A stretch of DNA of 32,000 nt from Hyperthermus butylicus DSM 5456 (GCF_000015145.1 NC_008818.1:90001-122000), one strand, 5' to 3'. Counted from the first letter of the stretch, positions 20,573-29,318 are shown. Notes: generated by a model from the letters alone, not told the origin. A program made the numbers and translations.

Positions 20573-21835
20573 GTGTACAATGCATGCTACCCCTGGGGGC
20601 TTGGCTTGCGGGTACTCGACGAGACTGATGCCAGGACTCTCCACAGCTATATTATAGACCTCTACAAGAGCTTCATACCAGTAAAGGCCATTCCACCGGA
20701 TATGGGTGGCGAGGGCGAGCTAGAGCGCGCCAAGGTACTCGAGGATGAGCTTAGAAGACTTGGGCTGAGGGTTTGGCGCGTAGATGCGAGGGATGAGAGG
20801 GCTAGAGGTGGCATAAGGCCCAACATACTCGCCCAGCTCGAGGGCGCCGACACCTCTAGGACTCTCTGGATAGTAGCCCACATGGACACTGTGCCTGAGG
20901 GTGACCGTAGTCTCTGGAGGTATGAGCCTTACAGCGTAACCGTCGAAGATGACTATGTATATGGCCGCGGCGTGGAGGACAACGGCCAGGCAATAGTGGT
21001 AGCTTTTGCAGTGGCCAAGTACCTGGTTGAGAGGGGGGTTAAGCCCAGGGTAAACCTTGGCATCGCCCTTGTCAGCGATGAGGAGACAGGTAGTAGGTAC
21101 GGTCTACAGTATCTTCTCAGTCAGAATGTATTCGGCACTCCGGAGTCCAACTGGTTCCTCGTTCCTGACGCTGGCAGCCCCGATGGCAGCAAGGTTATAG
21201 TTGCAGAAAAACACATACTATGGTTCAAGATCCGTGTCGTAGGTATGCAGGCCCATGCAAGCACACCACACGAGGGGATTAACGCCCATCGGTTGGGTAT
21301 GATGTTTAACCTGGAGCTTGACCGGATCCTTCACACAAGATTTACCAGGTACGACCCAATCTTCGAGCCTCCCGTCTCAACATTTGAGCCTACAAGGAAG
21401 GAGGAGAATGTAAGTAATATTAACACGATACCTGGTGTAGACACGGTATACTGGGATGCCAGGATACTGCCAAGCTATAGCATAGACGAGGTTGTAGAGA
21501 CTGTTAAGTCTACAGCCTACAGCTTTGCCTCAAGCCACGGCATAAAGGTGGAGGTAGAAATTGTTGCGAGGGATGACGCTGGCGAACCAACAAGCCCAGA
21601 CCATCCCTTCACCAGAGCCTTCCTTAGAGCCATAAGAGAGGCTAGGAATGTTGAACCGAAACTACTAGGTATTGGCGGCGGCACGATCGCGAGGTACTTG
21701 AGGAAGAAGGGGTACCCCGCTCTCGTCTGGATGACATGTGAGGAGACAGCCCACAAGCCCAACGAGAGGGCTAGGCTTAGCAGCATACTAGCTGACGTGG
21801 ACACTGTACTCTATTACCTGCTACACGTTGCCTAG
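20573..21835 (+). CDS. M20 family metallopeptidase / deacylase (ArgE/DapE/CPG2-like)
   Basis: Metal-ligand motifs VAHMDTVPEGD, GRGVEDNGQA and LVSDEETGS, plus a dimerisation-domain insert. The start is GTG 20573 or TTG 20606. Confidence 0.85.
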   Translation: MYNACYPWGLGLRVLDETDARTLHSYIIDLYKSFIPVKAIPPDMGGEGELERAKVLEDELRRLGLRVWRVDARDERARGGIRPNILAQLEGADTSRTLWIVAHMDTVPEGDRSLWRYEPYSVTVEDDYVYGRGVEDNGQAIVVAFAVAKYLVERGVKPRVNLGIALVSDEETGSRYGLQYLLSQNVFGTPESNWFLVPDAGSPDGSKVIVAEKHILWFKIRVVGMQAHASTPHEGINAHRLGMMFNLELDRILHTRFTRYDPIFEPPVSTFEPTRKEENVSNINTIPGVDTVYWDARILPSYSIDEVVETVKSTAYSFASSHGIKVEVEIVARDDAGEPTSPDHPFTRAFLRAIREARNVEPKLLGIGGGTIARYLRKKGYPALVWMTCEETAHKPNERARLSSILADVDTVLYYLLHVA

Positions 21836-22367
21836 GAGGGTGTGGAGCGCCATGCATCTAAGGCTTCGAGCTGCAAGGTACTTCACTATACCCTACAGCG
21901 TCTTTGATATACTGCTACAGATGAGGGGCGCGATAGACCCCGACTCGGGGCAGATAGTATGCCACTTCTATAGTCTCGGCGTTGCAGCCCTTGAAACTTC
22001 AGCTGGAGCCGTACCGGTGATCGTTGTTGATGGCTGCCTCATGGCGAGCTTCGGCAAGGAGAATGTAGAGGCAATACTCTCCTCCGGCTCTGCTGTTGAG
22101 GTTGAAAACTTCACGCTACGTGGAGGTAAGATACTGATTGGCGATGTGGAGATCGATAGTACATGGGGGCTTGCAGCAATAGCCTATGCTGGAGAGACAG
22201 GAGCACCGATTAAGCTCTACAAGCTCCGGCTAGAAATCGATGGTGAGGAGGCACCAATAGCGGGTATATATGTGGAGGCGAGTGATGCAGGTCCCTTACT
22301 CCTCCTCATACCCTCGACCTGCGAGTACATAGAGGTTGAGGAGCCGCAGCCCCCCACCCACATGTAG
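21828..22367 (+). CDS. Hypothetical protein
   Basis: ORF with normal composition, overlapping or abutting the M20 stop. The likely true start is ATG 21852, preceded by GGAGGG at about 21835-21840. I do not recognise the family. Confidence 0.45.
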   Translation: MPRRVWSAMHLRLRAARYFTIPYSVFDILLQMRGAIDPDSGQIVCHFYSLGVAALETSAGAVPVIVVDGCLMASFGKENVEAILSSGSAVEVENFTLRGGKILIGDVEIDSTWGLAAIAYAGETGAPIKLYKLRLEIDGEEAPIAGIYVEASDAGPLLLLIPSTCEYIEVEEPQPPTHM

Positions 22368-22369
22368 GC

Positions 22370-23164
22370 CTAGCAGCTCTTGCAACCACACAATGTTTTC
22401 AACGCCTCAGCCTCCATAGGATGTAGACGTGGCGCCGTTACTACAAGCGTGTGAGGCGGCGGCGGATAACTAGCAGAGGCAACCTCCTCGGGGCGCCCCG
22501 CTATACACACTCCATCCTCCAACCCTGCCCTAGCCACACCAACAATTACCGCGTCTCTCAGCTCGGGCTCCCAGCCTTCCTCATGGGCTAGTTCCTCCTC
22601 TAGGCTCAGAAGCAGCTCGACAGCCTCTGGAACAGTCATTGCACGACCTTCGTCTAGGCGGAGGTCAAGGAGGACCATTGTGTGCAAACCTGCTCTACGG
22701 TTATTCCTTACAACATCGATCGTGCTATATGGCTTAAAGCCCTCCTCGGGGTAGACGAGAGTCACCGGCCTCCCAAATCTGTAGACCTGCAACCCCGTAG
22801 CATCAACCACAGCCTGGAGCCCGGATACCCCTGGCACAACCTCGGCGTCAACTCCTGCCCGACGAGCTTCGAGCAACAGCGCTATATGGGTCGTAGCGTG
22901 TAAGGGATCACCAGGTACAAGCACGACAACATTCATTCTCTGGGCCTCCTCGACAATCCTCCTCGACCCTTGCTCAAGCAGTTCCCTCGAGGCCTTAACA
23001 ATGCGGGCCCGCGGGTTAAGCCTAGTTACCAGCTCCTCATCGATGCCCGGCGCTATACTGGTGTATGTATCAATGTAAACCACATCAGCGGAGCCTATGA
23101 GCTGTATCGCTCTAAGCGTAAGATACCTAGCGGAAATACCGGCACCAACCAGGTAAAGCGGCAA
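22370..23164 (-). CDS. dphB: Diphthine synthase
   Basis: MPLYLVGAGISARYLTLRAIQLIGSADVVYIDTYTS and VVLVPGDPLHATTH are typical of the tetrapyrrole-methylase-fold diphthine synthases. 264 aa. Confidence 0.9.
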   Translation of the reverse strand: MPLYLVGAGISARYLTLRAIQLIGSADVVYIDTYTSIAPGIDEELVTRLNPRARIVKASRELLEQGSRRIVEEAQRMNVVVLVPGDPLHATTHIALLLEARRAGVDAEVVPGVSGLQAVVDATGLQVYRFGRPVTLVYPEEGFKPYSTIDVVRNNRRAGLHTMVLLDLRLDEGRAMTVPEAVELLLSLEEELAHEEGWEPELRDAVIVGVARAGLEDGVCIAGRPEEVASASYPPPPHTLVVTAPRLHPMEAEALKTLCGCKSC

Positions 23165-23242
23165 AACCCTCCCTCCGCCTTGAGAGTCGTGCCGCTGGAG
23201 ATTATAGTCCTACACAGCCAGCCCCTACGCCCGGTGACTAGT

Positions 23243-23944
23243 GTGCCCTCCAGGCCACGCGTTGTGGAGCTAGCTTCTAGGCAGCCAATCCTCCAGATAG
23301 CACTTGACCTAACCTCGCTCGAGGATGCCTTGCTCCTCGCCTCTAGGCTCCGCCGTGGCCTCGGCGATTCGGGCTGGCTAGCTGAGGCCGGTACTCCACT
23401 CATAAAGTCTGAAGGACTGCGCTCAGTGAGCCTCCTGGCCCGGGTGGTTGACCCAGTGCCCGTTGTAGCTGACATGAAGACAGCTGATACCGGCGCGCTC
23501 GAGGCGGAGCTGGCATGCAAGGCAGGGGCTAGTGTCGTTACAGTACTGGGACTAGCGCCAGATGAGACTATAGAGGCTGCCGTAAGGACTGCTCATAACT
23601 GCGGTATGGCTGTAGCTGTCGACATGCTCGGGGTACGCAACGTCCTGGAGAGGGTTGAGGAGCTCGAGCCTCTAGGAGTCGACATCATCGAACTCCATGT
23701 TGGCATTGATGTACAGAGGGCTCTCGGCCTTACGGCGGCTGAGCTGCGCGGGCTAGTCTCAAAGATTGCCTCTAAGTTTAATGGCGTGGTAGCAGTAGCT
23801 GGCGGCCTCAACGAGTCCACAGCGCCAGCAATGATTGAGGCAGGGGCATCGATAGCCATTGTCGGCGGCGCAATAACGAGGAGTAGGGATCCAGTAGGTA
23901 TGGCTAAAAAAATCCTCAAGGCGATACAGAGCGTTAGCCGGTAG
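23243..23944 (+). CDS. hps: 3-hexulose-6-phosphate synthase (OMP-decarboxylase superfamily)
   Basis: ILQIALDLTSLEDAL...EAGTPLIKSEGL...VADMKTADTGALEAELACKAGASVVTVLG...VAVAGGLNESTAPAMIEAGASIAIVGGAI aligns along its length with the bacterial HPS sequence pattern I recall (LQVAIDL ... ELGTPLIK ... ADMKTMDAG ... VAGG ... VAGGAI). The start is GTG 23243 or GTG 23264. The ORF-track start at 22970 runs antisense through dphB and is rejected. Confidence 0.8.
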   Translation: MPSRPRVVELASRQPILQIALDLTSLEDALLLASRLRRGLGDSGWLAEAGTPLIKSEGLRSVSLLARVVDPVPVVADMKTADTGALEAELACKAGASVVTVLGLAPDETIEAAVRTAHNCGMAVAVDMLGVRNVLERVEELEPLGVDIIELHVGIDVQRALGLTAAELRGLVSKIASKFNGVVAVAGGLNESTAPAMIEAGASIAIVGGAITRSRDPVGMAKKILKAIQSVSR

Positions 23945-25199
23945 AGGGCTCACGGTAAACTATCACCGGCACACGCTCCCCGGCATTATACCTGCGACCC
24001 TCAACCAACGCTATACCGTCAGCCTCAACATTGCTAACTGTCACCGAGCTTAGCTGCCTCTCACCCGGCAGGGGCTTAGCGTAGAGTACACCGTCACGTA
24101 ATATCAGCTTAACCTTTACCGGCTGCGGCCTCTTGTACTCACCACCCTCTTCAAGCACCGCATAGGCGAAAGCTGGCGGCTCAGCTGCACGAACAACGTT
24201 GCCAAGATACTTCAGCACCGGGTAGAGCACCCTCACAAAACCATGCAGCGCCGATATAGGGTGCCCCGATAGTACGATCAGTAACGGTCCCTTGTCGAGC
24301 TTTAGCGCTGAGGTTGGCCTACCACCTTTAACGTATAGGCCCCGGAACAGCACCCGGCCCCCAAGCCTTTCCGCCAGCTGGTAGAACGTGTCCACAGTGC
24401 TGGGGCCTGAGCCACCCGTCATAACTATGACGTCTGCATTGCGGAACTGCCTAGTTACATACCAGGCTATGGTGTCAACGTCATCAGGTAATAGTACACG
24501 GCCGAGAACTTCCACCCAGGGCGTGTAGCGGCGGATAGCCCACTCTATGAGCCTCCCAGTAGACTCTACAACCTCGCCCCTAAGGACTCTCTCCTCAGCC
24601 TCCATGGGATTGCGGAGTTCGAATATCTCGTTGCCAGTAAGTATCATTGCTAGCCTAACCCTACGATAGACATAGATCCTGGTAACAGCAACATCTAGGA
24701 GACCAACAGCATCAAGCATAGTGACAACATAGCCCTTTGGTAATAGGACTTGCCCACGGCGCGCATAGGCCCCAACTGGGTCAAGGTTCTTGCCTGGCGG
24801 GTAATGCTTCTCGACGATGATATAGCCGTTCTCCCTCCTAGCCTTCTCCTCAGGCACAACAGTGTCAGCACCATCGGGTAGGTAAGCACCCGTGGAGACG
24901 TAAACAGCTGTACCCGGCTCAACACGGTACTCAACGTCGACCCGGCCTATCGTAGCCTCGCCAAGGAGGCGAAGCCTGCCAGGAGTATCTCCGGAACGCA
25001 CAGCATAGCCGTCATAGGCGGAACGTGGCCTCGGGGGAAAATCATAGGCTGCAACAACATCCCTTGACAAGACCCTGCCGACAGCAGTCCACGTGTCGAC
25101 GAGTTCCTCCTCCGCTACTGGCTTCACAGCCTCCATTATCGCCTTAACGGCTTCTTCGACTGGTGTGAGCTTCTCCAGGTAACGTGGAACCTTCTGCAA
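23934..25199 (-). CDS. moeA: Molybdopterin molybdenumtransferase
   Basis: MoeA hallmarks: VYVSTGAYLPDGADTVV and the MoCF-binding domain ILTGNE...DVIVMTGGSGPSTVD. 421 aa with a TTG start. Confidence 0.85.
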   Translation of the reverse strand: MQKVPRYLEKLTPVEEAVKAIMEAVKPVAEEELVDTWTAVGRVLSRDVVAAYDFPPRPRSAYDGYAVRSGDTPGRLRLLGEATIGRVDVEYRVEPGTAVYVSTGAYLPDGADTVVPEEKARRENGYIIVEKHYPPGKNLDPVGAYARRGQVLLPKGYVVTMLDAVGLLDVAVTRIYVYRRVRLAMILTGNEIFELRNPMEAEERVLRGEVVESTGRLIEWAIRRYTPWVEVLGRVLLPDDVDTIAWYVTRQFRNADVIVMTGGSGPSTVDTFYQLAERLGGRVLFRGLYVKGGRPTSALKLDKGPLLIVLSGHPISALHGFVRVLYPVLKYLGNVVRAAEPPAFAYAVLEEGGEYKRPQPVKVKLILRDGVLYAKPLPGERQLSSVTVSNVEADGIALVEGRRYNAGERVPVIVYREPSTG

Positions 25200-25401
25200 G
25201 ACCCAGCCACGCCCCCCGTGCAGGGTGCTCCGCCTCTCCTCCCGCCTGGAGAGGGGTTAGTGATACTAGCCCCTACAGAGCTAGTGACGGAACCAACAGA
25301 ATAGCTTCGGCTGGGGGTCTCCGGGTGAGTAGGGCCAGGCTCTTCCCCGATGCAGCACCAAGAGTATCCCTATACGCTGACGCCCAGCTACATGCTAGCC
25401 T

Positions 25402-25419
25402 GCCAGTCGTGCCAGTCGT
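25402..25419. repeat. Perfect tandem duplication, 2 x 9 bp (GCCAGTCGT)
   Basis: GCCAGTCGT occurs at 25402-25410 and again at 25411-25419, read directly from the sequence, inside the 253-bp spacer between the Clp1-like gene and moeA. Confidence 0.6.
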
Positions 25420-25452
25420 AAGTGCTGGCGGAGAGATGACTGGAGGGAGACG

Positions 25453-26640
25453 TTAACGCCTCCTAACTTGTTTTGAGCGGAGCACTGCTAGAGGGTATAC
25501 GTCTACCGGCAGATGTTCCTGCTCCACATAGTTATCGCCAAGCCTAACCCAGCCCAGTGTAACGCCATGCACAGCATTAGGCTCAATGTCTCGCCCCACC
25601 TTTACAACAAGCCTCGGCTCTACAGGGTTGAACGACTCTACAAAGGCCAGTACATCACCATCCCTTGTATGGAGGCCGGCAAGCAGCCCCCGAGCCCAGC
25701 CTGGCCTTAGCCAGAACCCTTGTTGCGGCTTTCTCCGAGACTCGACGATAAGTTTACCCGCACAGTCATAGATTACATTATCGCCTTCAACACTGTAATT
25801 GCAGAGGTTCACTATGTCCACATCACGGAGGACAAGGGTTCTCGCTTCCGCAAAGAGCCTCGTATAGAGCCTCTGTCTGAAAACCCTCCGGTCGTGCCTG
25901 CTCCTCTCCCTACGAAGTCGTGGCTGTGGAGCCTCAACAACTTCGAGGCCTCTTGCTCTCAACGCCTTAGCCAGACCCTGGTCAAGCGATATCACTACGT
26001 CAACATTGAGTGTCTCGGCCAGCGCTGCCTTGTACACAACTCCCCTCCCCTGGACATAGCCATCCGTGTCCACCACTATCCTTTGTCCACCACAGCGCAT
26101 GGCAGCGCGTGCTGTAGCCGCAACTACCAGCTCTGCAGCCCTCTCAGCCGATACGTGGCCCACAAAGAATCCTCCAACAGCGCCAGCGTCCTCTAACACT
26201 AGCTTAGCCCCATCGAAGGGCGCATAGGAGACCATCGCCGGGGTGCCCAACTCGTTCTGGCCAACATCAGCCTCGACAACGCATGCCCCAAGGATGTTTC
26301 TCAGCCATGCTGTAAGGGTGGATTTGCCTGACTCAACCGGCCCAACCACAAGCACACGATGCACACCACTACGAGCCAGCTCCTCACCCAGCTTGAGCCA
26401 GCTGAGCGCGACATCATAACCCTCACTGACACGATTCATCGAAGCTCCAGCGCCCAACGAGACGCATACCCTCGAGGCCGTTGTTGCATAGAAGGTGAAC
26501 CCCCTCACACCCCTAACCAATGCTTCCCCGCCAGCAGCTATCGTATAGCCGCTGGCTAGCAGCTCCCCCGAGGAAACCTCGACGCGGGCAGGTCCCGAGA
26601 CCCAAAGCCCCTCGCCAGGAGCTAGCTCTACGCACCCCAT
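25453..26640 (-). CDS. Clp1/Grc3-family polynucleotide 5'-hydroxyl kinase-like P-loop protein
   Basis: An N-terminal beta-sandwich-like segment (LAPGEGLWVSGPARVEVSSGELLASGY) is followed by the P-loop VLVVGPVESGKSTL and the Clp1-type motif EADVGQNELGTPAMVS. I start the gene at ATG 26640. The ORF-track start at 26772 adds 44 aa and overlaps the divergent small ORF. Confidence 0.6.
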   Translation of the reverse strand: MGCVELAPGEGLWVSGPARVEVSSGELLASGYTIAAGGEALVRGVRGFTFYATTASRVCVSLGAGASMNRVSEGYDVALSWLKLGEELARSGVHRVLVVGPVESGKSTLTAWLRNILGACVVEADVGQNELGTPAMVSYAPFDGAKLVLEDAGAVGGFFVGHVSAERAAELVVAATARAAMRCGGQRIVVDTDGYVQGRGVVYKAALAETLNVDVVISLDQGLAKALRARGLEVVEAPQPRLRRERSRHDRRVFRQRLYTRLFAEARTLVLRDVDIVNLCNYSVEGDNVIYDCAGKLIVESRRKPQQGFWLRPGWARGLLAGLHTRDGDVLAFVESFNPVEPRLVVKVGRDIEPNAVHGVTLGWVRLGDNYVEQEHLPVDVYPLAVLRSKQVRRR

Positions 26641-26739
26641 CCCAGGCCACAGCCCCGACAGGAAGAGGCAGCCGGTAAGGCCACCCCTAAATACTGCAGC
26701 CACAACCCGTAACTGGGGGCCTCGGGGGCTTGATGGACC

Positions 26740-26952
26740 GTGTCGCTCCACATAGCTAGGAGGGAGGAGCACCAGGTTGGAAAGTATCGCGTTACACTGC
26801 TCTACACAGAGGACGGAAGCATTGTAGGCGCCATTGTCGAGGGGCCTAGGCTCTCGAGACCTGTCTACATAGCCGCCCAGGAGAAATCATCGCCCCGCAT
26901 TCCCAAACAAGTAAAGAAGTTCCTTGCAAAATATGGGTTCAAGCTACAATAA
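26740..26952 (+). CDS. Small hypothetical protein, 70 aa
   Basis: GTG-initiated ORF ...YRVTLLYTEDGSIVGAIVEGPRLSRPVYI...IPKQVKKFLAKYGFKLQ. Its composition is protein-like and it fills the gap between the Clp1-like and MoaD-like genes. No family recognised. Confidence 0.3.
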   Translation: MSLHIARREEHQVGKYRVTLLYTEDGSIVGAIVEGPRLSRPVYIAAQEKSSPRIPKQVKKFLAKYGFKLQ

Positions 26953-26956
26953 AACC

Positions 26957-27235
26957 CTAGCCTCCCGCTGCCGGCGGGAAGAAGGCCACCCTATCACCGC
27001 TACGGAGCTTGGTCTTTACACCCTCCAGCCACTCTATTGATCGACCATTAACCAGTACAAGCACGTCATCTTGCAGTTCCCCATCCTTTACCAGGCGCCC
27101 TCTAAGCCCCGGAAACTTCTCCTCAAGAATTCTCGCCACATCAAGCACCGTTACACCCTTCGGAACCTCTAGCTCCAGCTCTGTTGACCCCACAGCCTCA
27201 TGAAACCCCGCGTATAGTCTCACCGTGATCTTCAA
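26957..27235 (-). CDS. moaD: MoaD/ThiS-family beta-grasp sulfur-carrier or ubiquitin-like small protein with a C-terminal Gly-Gly
   Basis: 92 aa: MKITVRLYAGFHEAVG...VLVNGRSIEWLEG..TKLRSGDRVAFFPPAAGG, ending in the diagnostic GG. Confidence 0.8.
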   Translation of the reverse strand: MKITVRLYAGFHEAVGSTELELEVPKGVTVLDVARILEEKFPGLRGRLVKDGELQDDVLVLVNGRSIEWLEGVKTKLRSGDRVAFFPPAAGG

Positions 27236-27386
27236 CTACGACCCCACCCCAGATCTGAATATCCTTAACAAGCCCCCTTATCGGGTTACAGCCAGCACAT
27301 ACAGTAAGCCAAGTTAGCCCCCGAACTGAGGCTGGGCAAAAGCTTTGAGGAGTCGCGAAGTGCTGCTGAGAGGTGTCGCTGTGACT

Positions 27387-28003
27387 ATGCCTGGCCCTGG
27401 CCTCGTAATTGTGCTGTATGGACAGATAGTGACGATAATGAACCCGTTCACAGCGCTAAACAATTATCTCACACTGACCGAAGGCATGGAGAGAGCTGAG
27501 GCTCGACTTGTGTTGAAGCAGGCAATGATAGTGTGTCATCCTTCTAGGCCTAGTCTTAATACCTACTGGGAGAGCTATACCCGACTTCTACCATCTAAGC
27601 ATCTCAAGCCTCAGGTTTGGCTGTGGAATACTCCTCATGTACATTGCCGTGGGCATGCTCCCTGGACAGCCAAAGGGCAGGAGGGTAGAAAACAAAGAGA
27701 TAGCAGTGGTATCCCCTTGCTACCCCAATGATAGTAGGTCCCGGCACAATGACCCTTCTCATACACCTTGGCGCAACAGAGAGCACTCCAGCCACTATAG
27801 CCGCTTTCCTCCTAGCAGTAACCACCATGGCTGCAGCACTCTGCTCTGCCACGCTGATACAGAGGCTGCTCGGTAGAAACGGTATAAAGGCCATGGCGAG
27901 GTTTATGTCGCTGATAATAGCGGGTATAGCGGCCCAGATGATGTATTCCGCTGTCCGCGTCTGGACATTGCAACTGCTACACCAACCAACAACCACCGGG
28001 TAA
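27387..28003 (+). pseudogene. MarC-family (UPF0056) integral membrane protein gene carrying two +1 frameshifts
   Basis: The three family segments lie in three successive frames. The N-terminus IVTIMNPFTALNNYLTLTEGMERAEARLVLKQAMIV is in the frame of 27345. The middle VILLGLVLIPTGRAIPDFYHLSISSLRFGCGILLMYIAVGML...KEIAVV is in the frame of 27637. The C-terminus PLATPMIVGPGTMTLL...IAGIAAQMM is in the frame of 27728. Shift sites are the GTGTGT run at 27531-27537 and around T27712. Removing one base at each site restores a roughly 205-codon MarC-like ORF, including the conserved IAVVPLATPMIVGPG. Confidence 0.75.
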
Positions 28004-28091
28004 CACCACTACGCCATAGAGTAGCTCGCAACACTGATGTCGGATTCATTTTAACCCGGTATACCGTCTAGCCAGGTAATACCGGGGAGAG

Positions 28092-28520
28092 GTGATGAGC
28101 CTAGCAGCTCTGGAGGTGAGGGAGAAGCAGAGTGTTGCAGAGCGAGAAGAAAATGAAGAACAAGAAACACTAACAGCTGCCGGCACAGCAGCGGTGCTCG
28201 TCTGGACTGCCGAGGAAGGCCGCCGCTACATAAGGAGGCCGCAGCCCCCCTACGCGCTACAAGTGCCTAAGCTTCGCACATGTGGAGACAAGACTCGACA
28301 GATATTAGCCAAGGCAGAAGAGCTAGCTGTCACAGACACAGGGTACAGGATACTGAGGCTATGGGTACCCGACGATGCGTTCACGGGCACCACCTATTAC
28401 ATAGTCCCCATAAAGACCAGGCTGAGGGGCCGCAAGAGAACATGTATACGAATATTCGCCGATCTCGACGACGCCGTACACTACGCTCTCAACCCACCTC
28501 GCGGCACCGAGCCAGCATAA
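28092..28520 (+). CDS. Hypothetical protein, 142 aa
   Basis: ATTTTAAC box at 28048-28055, a purine-rich GGGGAGAGG just upstream, and start GTG 28092 or ATG 28095. It has an acidic N-terminal tail followed by a basic globular part. No family recognised. Confidence 0.5.
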   Translation: MMSLAALEVREKQSVAEREENEEQETLTAAGTAAVLVWTAEEGRRYIRRPQPPYALQVPKLRTCGDKTRQILAKAEELAVTDTGYRILRLWVPDDAFTGTTYYIVPIKTRLRGRKRTCIRIFADLDDAVHYALNPPRGTEPA

Positions 28521-29032
28521 CATTGAACTCTACACGAACTAGGAGCTATCGCACACTCAATGTAGGCCTTGTAGTACCACTCCCGGCAAGCCTCGTAGCC
28601 GAAAAGCTATTACGCTGACCCGAAGTCCCATGCTAAGCCGAGACCCCATAGTCGTGCTGGGCGCTGCGAAGAGAAAATGACTGACCTCGCACCAACCATA
28701 CACTAGTCAAGGTTTTGGGTTTGTCCATGCATAGATAGACAGACTACACGTCTACACGGAAGCCCCGAAAGAGCTAGTACTACGCTACCTTCGCGAACTG
28801 AGGTACTGGAGCACGAGAGAAACAGTATATCGCGTATCTCTCCTCCTCGACGTCCTTGTTGACAAGCTAGACATGGAGATACTACGCTGACAGCTCGCAA
28901 AGAGGGGGCTAGAAAATCTCCCAGACAAAACCCTAGACATGCTCAGAAGTTATACGAGCACCAGAGCAGAGACCTGAAGAGAAGCCCACACAACCGCTAA
29001 CAGAACGCGAGAAACGTGGAGGAGATGGGTAG

Positions 29033-29110
29033 TGGTGGGCCCGCGGGGATTTGAACCCCGGACCTCCGCCGTGTGAGGGCGGCGTCCTAACCAGGCTAGA
29101 CGACGGGCCC
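29033..29110 (-). tRNA. tRNA-Val (anticodon CAC), with genomically encoded CCA and no intron
   Basis: The reverse complement folds as a canonical cloverleaf: GGGCCCG UC GUCU AGCCUGGUUA GGAC G CCGCC CUCACAC GGCGG AGGUC CGGGG UUCAAAU CCCCG CGGGCCC A CCA. It has a 7-bp acceptor stem, a 5-bp anticodon stem, the loop CU-CAC-AC, and a T-loop UUCAAAU. Confidence 0.95.
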
Positions 29111-29298
29111 AGCCACACCCATGGTATTCGGCTAGTACCCTATAGCCTCCAGGTAAAATCTTTACGGTCAATGCTCAAGATTTTGTTGGTGTACAGCCCT
29201 AGTCCACTTAGCACCGTTCCCAGCATTAGGGGGTTAGTATTGTGAAGGCTATTCTCCAAGGAGTAGTCTTAATTACATCTAGATGGTGTTGTGTGGTA

Positions 29299-29318
29299 GG
29301 TTGAATAGGGTTGAATAG
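29299..29318. repeat. Perfect tandem repeat, 2 x 10 bp (GGTTGAATAG), in a G+T-rich non-coding stretch
   Basis: GGTTGAATAG occurs at 29299-29308 and again at 29309-29318, followed by TTAGGGTAG. GTGTTG motifs flank it on both sides (about 29286 and 29332). Confidence 0.6.

Noticed and set aside
22970-23242. Upstream 91 codons of the HPS ORF
   Set aside because: This stretch runs antisense through the 5' part of dphB and has no HPS homology. Homology begins near ILQIALD, so an internal GTG start is preferred.
25184-25456. 90-aa plus-strand ORF in the Clp1/moeA spacer
   Set aside because: Its composition is Ala/Ser/Pro/Arg-rich, it has no motifs, and it overlaps the moeA start.
26641-26772. 44-aa N-terminal extension of the Clp1-like ORF
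   Set aside because: The sequence is not domain-like (PPSYVERHGPSSPRGPQ) and overlaps the divergent small ORF. The Clp1 N-domain pattern begins after M45.
28280-28618. 112-aa alternative-frame ORF overlapping the 142-aa hypothetical gene
   Set aside because: It is an Arg/His/Ser/Thr-rich, low-complexity translation, and the start signals (TATA-like box, purine-rich RBS) belong to the other frame.
29033-29110. Direct repeat of the tRNA-Val 3' half (att site) elsewhere in the window
   Set aside because: I scanned by eye for GGATTTGAACCCCGG or its complement and found no second copy. No bounded integrated element can be claimed from this window.
28933-29245. ORFs of 61-73 aa overlapping tRNA-Val on both strands
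   Set aside because: They read straight through a perfectly folding tRNA gene and are spurious.
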